Source: Chrysomallon squamiferum (lineage: Eukaryota; Animalia; Mollusca). Taken from it: 64,000 nt of DNA. The translations under genes were made by a program, and so were the position numbers. The stretch lies in NCBI GenBank assembly GCA_012295275.1, contig CM022667.1:14818001-14882000 (forward strand), read 5' to 3'. The notes under the pieces are model-generated. The model ran no database searches and had not been told where the DNA came from. It saw nothing but the letters and a program-made list of their open reading frames with translations. Numbering within the stretch: position 1 is the stretch's first letter; every line of letters begins with the position of its first letter. Positions 54,992 through 64,000 of the stretch are shown here, piece after piece.

Positions 54992-55595
54992 AAAACCACT
55001 ACGGACATAATTTCATTCATTTACCCTACATTACTCAATAAATTCGCTATTCAGAACATTTCCTTGTTGATTAAAAGCATTTGATATCTAAACTGACATT
55101 TATCCGCCCATCGCCATCACCTTTACGCAGTTTTTCAAATACCACAGAACACATTTCTGCTTGGAAAAGCAGTCGTGAGCGCACGAGACTAACGAAAACC
55201 GCGAACGCTTTCGACAAAAGATTCTGCCTCGCTTCCCGATCTCTGTATCTATATATACACACTGTCTTTGTCTTTGCGTACCAGATGTGCATAACCCCCC
55301 CCCCGCCCCTCCTTCTCTCGGCAGTACCTACATATGACGTCACGGTAATATATTTCGGCTTGGATTGTGGGAACGACGTGACCTGAAAGAAGTTGAGGCT
55401 TCCTTCCCCCATGTGTTAATGTCAGTAACAGAAGCAGTGGTACTCAAGTCTGAAAACGTGTTGGAGCTCGCGAGAGCTGAGCAGTTGAACATCTCAGATG
55501 TCGAAAACTGTGCTGAGCAGTTTGCAAAACATTCATTCACTCTGTTTCCTTCCTTAAATCACTGCTTCCTGGTCTCCACAGTTGTTGTTCGTTAT

Positions 55596-55629
<34 letters not shown>

Positions 55630-55788
55630 ACTATTATTATTATTTTTAATATTGGTGATGTAGTTGTTGTTGTTGTTTTTGTTGCCGTTGTCGTCGTTGT
55701 TATTATTATTGTAGTTGTTGTTGTTCCTTTTCTTCCTTTTATCGTCACCATCACCATCATCATAATTATAATCGTCATCATAATAATA

Positions 55789-55824
<36 letters not shown>

Positions 55825-55963
55825 TGCCTTTAACATTGTGTTATTGTTATTGTTGTTGTTGTTGTTGTTGTTGTTCTTGTTCTTGTTCTTCTTCTTCTTA
55901 TTATTATTATTATGTCTGTATTAATATGTTTATGTAACTTTACTGAGGAATCACATTGTTTTA

Positions 55964-56032
<69 letters not shown>

Positions 56033-56641
56033 TCCCACATCTCTCTTTCATCATTAACTCCTAAATACACGTAAAACAAATAAAGGAAAAAAAAAAAAAA
56101 AAAAAAAGTGAAAAGAAAAAAAAAAAAAAAAAAAAAAAAGAGAGAAGAACGGCTGTGAAATGAGGAACTGCAACCAATACAAAGAACAAATATTTTTTAC
56201 TAGAATTGCTACTGCAGCCGCTACAACATCACCTGCTACTACAACAGCTGCTGCTACTTCTACTGCTATTTACTACCCATTGTTACTACTGTTGCTGCCG
56301 CTGCTGATGATGTTGCTGCTGATGCTGCTACTACTACCACCACTGTTACTGTTATTTTTCTTATTATGTAACAGCTGCTATTACTACTACTGTTACTACA
56401 ACAACTACTACTAACACTACTTCTATATTTCATTCATTGCTACTCAAATCCTGTCTATTCTTTAGAGAGAAACAAAATGCTTCAGAAACTGTTTTTCATA
56501 ATTTAGAAACTCACATCAGTAATAATAACAACAGCAACAACAACAGTAATAATAACAACAATAGTAATAGTAAAGGTAATAACAAAACAACAATATTAAT
56601 AACAATAATAATTGTAAATGTATTAGTAACAACAACAACAA

Positions 56642-56675
<34 letters not shown>

Positions 56676-56756
56676 GTAATAATAATAATAATTTAAAATG
56701 TATATTTTGTTGCGGTTTTTGTTCATTTTTTCTTTTTTCTTTTTTTATGTTTTCAT

Positions 56757-56794
<38 letters not shown>

Positions 56795-59700
56795 CTTTTC
56801 TCTCCACTTTCCATAAACAAACAAACTAAAGAAATTTTACTGCAGATCTTCAAACTGACGAATCCAAAATTTTAGTAACGAGAATTCCAATATAGTGAAA
56901 GGGATTACTTTGCTCATGAGATTAGTTTCCTTATACTTGCATATAAATAAAATAATTCAAAAACGAAATATAAATTAAACTGTGGCTCGTCTCCTCCAAT
57001 AGATTCGCGTATTCTTTATACTGAGACTGAATCCACGAAATATTTGTTACCATGACTATACAGCTCTCTGCTTAATTTTCTTTAATCTTTAATTTAGAAA
57101 CATATGGTGTTTGAACATACTTTTATCTCAGACATCAGAAAAGCAAACAAAAAACCCCCCAAAACAGCAAACAAGAACAAACAAACAAGAAAAGGAAGAA
57201 AAATATAAAGTTGGGGAAAAAATGTAAAGAAAAATCGATGTTTGATAATGGTTAGTTATTAGTTTCTTTTTCACATTTTTTATTATTATTATTATATATT
57301 TTTTTAAAATTTTTAAATTTAATTTTTAAGATTATTGTTATTATTATCTTTCTTCTTACTCTCCTGTTTGTCCTTTCACCATCTTTCTCTTTTACCTTTT
57401 TTCTCCTTTTTCTTTCCTGTTACTCCTTTACATCTCTCTTTCATCATTACCATTCTTTATCCTTAACCCTTATTTTTTTTTCGCCCCTGTTTATTTTACC
57501 TCTCTTTCCCTTTTACCATCTCTCTCTCCACTACCCCTTGCTTCCCTGTTTTTTTTTCCCCTCATTTCTCCTTCTCTCCCCTTTCACTCTTTTACTTTTC
57601 AAAAAAAAAAATTTTTCTTCACCTCTGTTTCTCCGTTCCCGTTTTTTTTTTTTTTTTTGTTTTGTTTCTTCTTCTCTGTCTGGTTGACAGACGCATTTCT
57701 TTCGTCGATGAACAAAATGGTTTTCGTTGGTAATCAAGATTAAACTTGAAGATCACTGCGGTTTGCTGTCGCTCGTAGCTGGTTCTATTAGAAAGCCGCC
57801 GATACATCTGCTATGCATTTTTATCATTGCAGCGACTTTTGAAAGTTCCGCTGCGTATCTGAGAAAGAAATTTCTCACAGATTCTCTCGCGTGATTCGGG
57901 TTCAAGTAATTAGCACGAAGCAGCTATGGATGGTGGGGGAAGAAAGAAGGAGGGAGGGAGGTAGGGAGGGAGGGAGGACAGTACGTTTTGGTTATATGCA
58001 ACGTCTTAGTATATATTTATTTGTTAAATGCATGCAACAGCAGTATTAGTTGTATTTGTGGCAGTAGTAGTAGTAGTAGTAGTAGTTGTTGTTGTTGTTG
58101 ATGTAGTGGTAGTAATAGTAGTGGTTGTAGTAGAAGAAGTGGTGGTTGTTATTATTTTTACACAGAATATCAGTTGTAGTAGCTGTAGCAGTAGCAGTCT
58201 CATTAGTGAAGTCATAACCTACTACAATGTTGCTGTTGTAATACAGAGCAGTAGTTGTACTGACAGTGGCAGTGGTAACTGCTGTTGTAGTAGTAATAAC
58301 AGAGCAGTAGATGTAGTAGCAGTGTCAGTATCAGTGTCAGTAGTAGCTGTTGTTGTAGTAATAGTAGAGCAGTAGATGTTGTGGTAATGGCAGTGGCAGT
58401 TGCAATGTCATGCATTAGAAGTTACAGTAGTAGCTGTTGTTGTTGTTGTTGTTGTTGTAAAAGGAAAACCACGTCGCCACTGCTGTACGTCACGCTACCA
58501 GTCTGAGTTCGGACGAGGACAAGGAACTGTGTTCAAGCCGAGTGTTACTTCTGTGTCGTTAGCACCTTGTAAACGTGTCAGTTATTATGTTCCCCCAGTG
58601 GTCACGTCCGTCATATTTGTGGTTATAGCTGTCGTCGATGACGTATCTATCACTGACAGCTGCACCAAGCAGACGTCGGGTCAGATTACCGATGATTTTC
58701 GCCTGAAAGCTTTTAACGGCAGAGGTCAGTCGGTAGTTGGAATTCGAGACTAAGTGTTTGTGGTCTCGATCCGACCATCCGGAGAAAAGTGTTTGTTGTA
58801 ATGTGGAACGAGCGAAGGAAGGAAGGAAGGAAGGAAGACATGAAGGAATGAATGAAGACAAAATGTAATATTGTGATATTAACAGTTATTAGAATGAGTG
58901 TTTTGAATTTGTATAATGAAGATAAGCAAGAACAGTTTGCTGTTAATTAAATCTTGTTTGTTTACCTTCCCTATTACTTCTATTACTATATCTACTGTAA
59001 CAACAACAACAACTACTACTACTACTACAACTACTACTACTACCGCTGCTGCTGCTACTATGTGAACTACTAGTGCTACATCTCTCACAACAACTGCAAC
59101 AGTCAACATCATTATCACATCATCATAATCATCATCATCATATTTGTTGCGTGGTAGTAGTTGTAAGTATAGTAACAGTAGCAGTAGTAGTACTGGTAGT
59201 AGTAACTGGTAGTAAAAGTAATAGTAGTTCCAGCAGCAGCAGCAGCAGTAATAGCAGTAGTTGTTGTTGTAACAAATAAATAAATAAATAAATAAATAAA
59301 TATTCATATTTTTTTTTTTTTCCACGAGACAGTTTTTTTTTTTCGAAATAAAACACCAGCATTTATCAACAGACATCGGGCGAATTACTCAGGACAAGTT
59401 TTCATCGCCAAAATAAACGAGACCTGTCGTGAATTACTCTTATCAACATCGACAAACACCCTTCTCCCCATGGTCCCTGTATCCCCCGCCTTCCCTTCAA
59501 AGAAACTGTTAAACGTCGTCAAAGAAAACTAGGCGTTGCCCCATGCCTCTAACTGGCAGGGAACAAACGAAAGATGTTTGAGAGCACGTGCTAGCACGTG
59601 CAAGCATGCGCCTTGTCATCAATTCCCTTCAGAGATTCCGTTTTCTTTACATCAATCAAAAGTTAAAACTGAAAGCACTTTGCTGATAATTTATTTTCTC

Positions 59701-60886
59701 ATGTTAAACAGTGCACTGTGAATAACAAGTGAAGAAGCAAAATTACTTTACTCTGTCGACTTTAAAACTTTGAATTAAAATTTAATTCATTCATGTTTTT
59801 TTCGTTCCTGGCATGCAGTCAATGCTGCTGTTATTACTACTAATACAGCTACTACATTTACAAATGCTGCAACTGCTACTACTACTATTACTACTATTAC
59901 TACTTCCGTTGGTGCGTCTTTGCTATTACTATTAGTCTACATTGCTATTATTGCTACTACTACAGCAACTACAATTACAAATGCTGAAACTGCTACTACT
60001 ACTACTATTATTACTACTTCTGTTCATGCGTCTTTGCTATTATTACAAATCTACTTTTAATGTCCTTACTACTACTATGCTGCTACTGCTATTATTACTA
60101 CTGCTTTTAATGTCCTTATTACTACTACTATGCTGCTATTGCTATTATTACTACTACTGCCACCACAACAACCATCACCACCACCGTTACCATCAACAAA
60201 ACGTTACTAAACATCAACAGTTGTGACAAAAATAACATAATTATTTGTTTTGTATTATTGTTACATGAATCTCTATAAAATTACCTTTTTTTTTTTTTTT
60301 TTTTAGATATATATATATAATATTTTCTTTCTTTCTTTCTTTTCAAAAATCAATAATAATAATAACAACAACAACAACAACAACAACAATAATAATAATA
60401 ATAATCATAATTTAGTACTAGCAGCAGTTTTATTTCATTTTCTATAATTTTTATGATAAGTATGTCCTCATATACAATAAAATTCCTTTATCCTTCATTA
60501 TTTAGATAAATATTTATTTATTTATAAACAACAACAACAACAATATTAATAATATGGTTACATCAATTCAGTGCGACTGAGATACCCAAGAACAGATCCC
60601 ACGAACCTGCACAGCTCAGGCAGGCAGGCACTAATTACACGGTTAACTAACAGTGACACAGTGCGAGCTGCAGACAAAGGCTGTTGGTAGAAGATTTATT
60701 TCTCTGTAGAAATCTGTGAGCACGTAGGGTCGCGCAGGAGTCGAGTTGGCGAAATGGTCGGCGCAAGTCAATTATCTTCTCTAATTGAAAACAGCTAAAT
60801 GTGTATAGAGACTGGTTTTCATACGTTAGTAGTCGGTATTGCACCACTAGCTGTTAAGTCAAATATTGTTGTCTTCATTTAGATAG

Positions 60887-60964
<78 letters not shown>

Positions 60965-61974
60965 GTATGTCTTGAATTTGTGTGCATACATATAAATAAA
61001 TGTCTCTCTCTTTTTCTCTATCTGTCTGTCTCTCTGTCTGTCTTTCTGTCTTCCTCCTGTGAACTAAGGAAACGATTAAGACTTATAAACTAACATAAGT
61101 TAACTTGATAGATCAAAGTCAGTTTTGCGGTTGTTCTCGGTATTTGTCGTGTCCTACTTCCTTCCCATCTTCCTTTTCTCTTGCAGATGCACACATCAAG
61201 TAATTACGCACACGAACACGAACAAATAAACCTCACAATAATTACTTTCTTTGAAGCTTTTTTCCTGCCACTTTCATTAAGCGATAAATAAATATTATTC
61301 TTTGTGAGCTGAAGTGAAATTTATAGGATTTAGGTAAGAGGCAAACTACGGAAATAAAAAAATAAAATAAAATAAGATTACGGATCAGAAACAGTTTTAA
61401 AAAAAGAAGAAGAAAAAAAAAAAAACTAAATAAAAAAAAAACGAAAAAAAAAAAAAAAAGAGAGAGACGAAAAAATAGAGAAAGAGAAAAAAAATCTACA
61501 AGAGAAAAAGATTACATGGTTTATAAGATGCAAGGACTTCTTTTCTTCAGAACGGCGGAAGTGTAGTGTATAAAATGCAACAGGTGGCGTGGCAGTAGCG
61601 GAAATCACGTGTAACTGATATCCGCGCAGGTGTACGTCTGTACTGGAGATAAGTAAAATGAAAACCAAATAACTGTAAGATTAAATCACTTTTGTTTTTA
61701 CTGTTATCTTTATCTTTTTTTCTCTCTGTCTCGTCTTTTTTTTTGGGGGGGGGGTAAGGGGAATATGTATTTGTTGTTTGCTTATTTGTTTATTTACTTC
61801 TTGTTGTTATTGTTGTTGCTTCCATTACTGTTGTATGTTGTTTTTGTGCCTTTTTATGTTTTTTTTGTTGTTGTTTTTTTCACTTCTTGGAAAAAGTAAA
61901 TAAAGGAAACATAAATTATTATTATTAGTAGTAGTTTTAGTAGTAGTAGCAGTAGCAGTAGCAGTAACAGTAGC

Positions 61975-62005
<31 letters not shown>

Positions 62006-62917
62006 TTTGTAGTATTGTGCATATTACTATCATGTAAGCATTATCATCATCACTGCGATTCTTATTATTGTATTATTATTATTGTTGTTGTTGTTGTTGT
62101 TATTGTTGCTGTTGTTGCTGTTATCAGTGTTATTAATATTTAGACAGAACAAGTAGAAATAATAATAAAAAATTAACAAAAGACGATGTAAGATTTTATA
62201 TTGTCAGGTATTGCAAGCAATAATATTTAGATGCACCGGCGCTTCAAATATAAAGAAATTTCGTTTTAAAAGCATAACTTTCTAACAGATTATTATATTT
62301 TCACATCCCGGAATTTCCCCTTGGAAGAAAATTATTTTATTTTATTTTATTTTATAATTAAATCAAAGGCTATCTTCATTTACTTCATCATCTACTCATC
62401 TTATTTTTCTTTAATTCTTGATATATATATATATATATTTTATCTTTTTATTTTTATTTTTATTTTTTTTTTTCTCTTCCGAACTCAAACGAAAATTCTT
62501 AAAAGGAAACAGGAGACACGAGAGCGCACGCTTATGAAATGTTACGCTAAATAAACGAACACGCGTGCTGTAGATGATTTATGAATTTGCTTGTTGATGC
62601 TCCGGAGAGCGCGGAGGAAATCACGCATGTTGCAGTGCATATAATTAAAACTACATTTCTGTGGAAGACTTTCTCTGCGTTGCTTGCTGGCGCTGCACCT
62701 CGAGTCAGGACGGCATACTGAATGATATAACCCACGCTAGAATGAATTAACTTTATCTCCCAGGACCTGGCTAATGATAATTATGCTTGTGTGGATTGGG
62801 GAGGAACGCCTTTGGCGACAAGATGTCTGTCGTCTGTTATCTGCGGAGCAAAATAAAAACATTAAATACGAAATTAAGTGTATGCGCAGTACACTTGCAC
62901 TCTGTTTATTTATTTAT

Positions 62918-62964
<47 letters not shown>

Positions 62965-63700
62965 AGTTTCCTTCTTGTTGCAGTTATCCTTTTTATTGGA
63001 AATCCTAATTTCTAAGAACTCTAAATGTCAGTTATTACTGTGATATTGTGACGTTAAGTCTTTTTTACGAAATTATATCTATATGAAATAGTACATAATA
63101 TCTATGTAAGTATGTATATATGTACATATGCATGCATGTATGTGTACGTATCTATATGTGTATGTATGCATGCATATATGTGAGTATATGTATATGTTTG
63201 TGCGTATGTATGTATGCACGTATGCAGGCAAATATATGTGTGTGTGTGTGTGTGTGTGTGTTGGTACTTGTGTCTGTGTGTCTGTGTTTAGGTGTACAGA
63301 CAGATATTAGATGTATGATTTTATGTACGCATCTATGTATGTATAGAATGTGTGAGTTTGTGAGAACGAACCCATAGTTGTAAGTTTTTTGTATGCATCT
63401 ACGTTTGTATGCGAGGTATGTGTCTATACTCAGACATACTACACACACACACACACACACACACGCACGCACACATAAAATTTATATCCTCTACATTCAA
63501 GCACATATCTGCCCAGCTATTCGCGCGCTGTTTGTCTCTCCCCTGTTTAAAATTAAATAAACTTCACTCTCGTTGTGAGCTTGTCAAAATGAAAGTGTGC
63601 AGAAATCATTAAGGTAAATTTGAGACTGTGTCTTTGGGTGGGCCGGGAGTCTCAAAGTTTTCGCTGATTTCTTAGATTACGATGCAGATATCATCAGCGC

Positions 63701-63882
63701 TAGGGGCGGATCCAGTGTGTGTGTCAGGGAGGAACAAAGGGAGGGTGACTGAGCAAATCGAAGTGGATGATATAATTTCAGTTTTCAGCGCTTTTGTTTA
63801 AGGTTAATAAAGCAAACTGTTGGAAAGGAATATGGATGGGGTTGGGGGTTGGGCCCCCCCCCTCTCACTGGATCTGCGCATG
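63701..63882. mobile_element. MITE-like element with GGCGGATCCAG-type termini
   Basis: TAGGGGCGGATCCAGTG ... CACTGGATCTGCGCATG imperfect inverted ends, related to those of the 9513-9713 element. No clear TSD. Confidence 0.45.
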
Positions 63883-64000
63883 AATCTTGTAAGTGTGTGG
63901 TTTATTTGGCTTCTCCACCTCACTGTTCTTACCACGTGCTGGGAGGTTTAGTCCGGCTTACAGAGTTTGCCGCCGATAAAGTAGAGTTAATCTTTATATG

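Overview
This is AT-rich, microsatellite-dense eukaryotic DNA, probably a lophotrochozoan animal such as a mollusc (inferred from gene content and repeats, not proven). Most ORFs in the supplied track are translated simple repeats, so the real genes were assembled by hand from GT-AG sites. The left third (1-21 kb) is packed with rearranged genes. (i) A 6-exon + strand gene fuses a TRIM-type C3HC4 RING directly to a USP7-type MATH domain (5017-7775, 229 aa). (ii) A 4-exon crotonase-family enoyl-CoA isomerase-like gene lies on the - strand (10057-12383, 271 aa). (iii) An orphan NEK11-like 3' fragment sits at 13080-13888. (iv) A 6-exon secreted hedgehog-related gene (17254-20767, 264 aa) places a 46-aa, 8-Cys peptide in front of a Hint/Hog domain; a dead inverted copy lies at about 14620-16215. 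The right two thirds is a gene-poor landscape around one 2-exon scratch gene (- strand, 40025-53111) whose exon 2 carries an apparent 1-nt frameshift in this assembly. MITEs, fold-back microsatellites and motif-rich non-coding islands are also present. The best candidates for new biology are the RING-MATH(USP7) chimera and the Hint-released cysteine-rich peptide.
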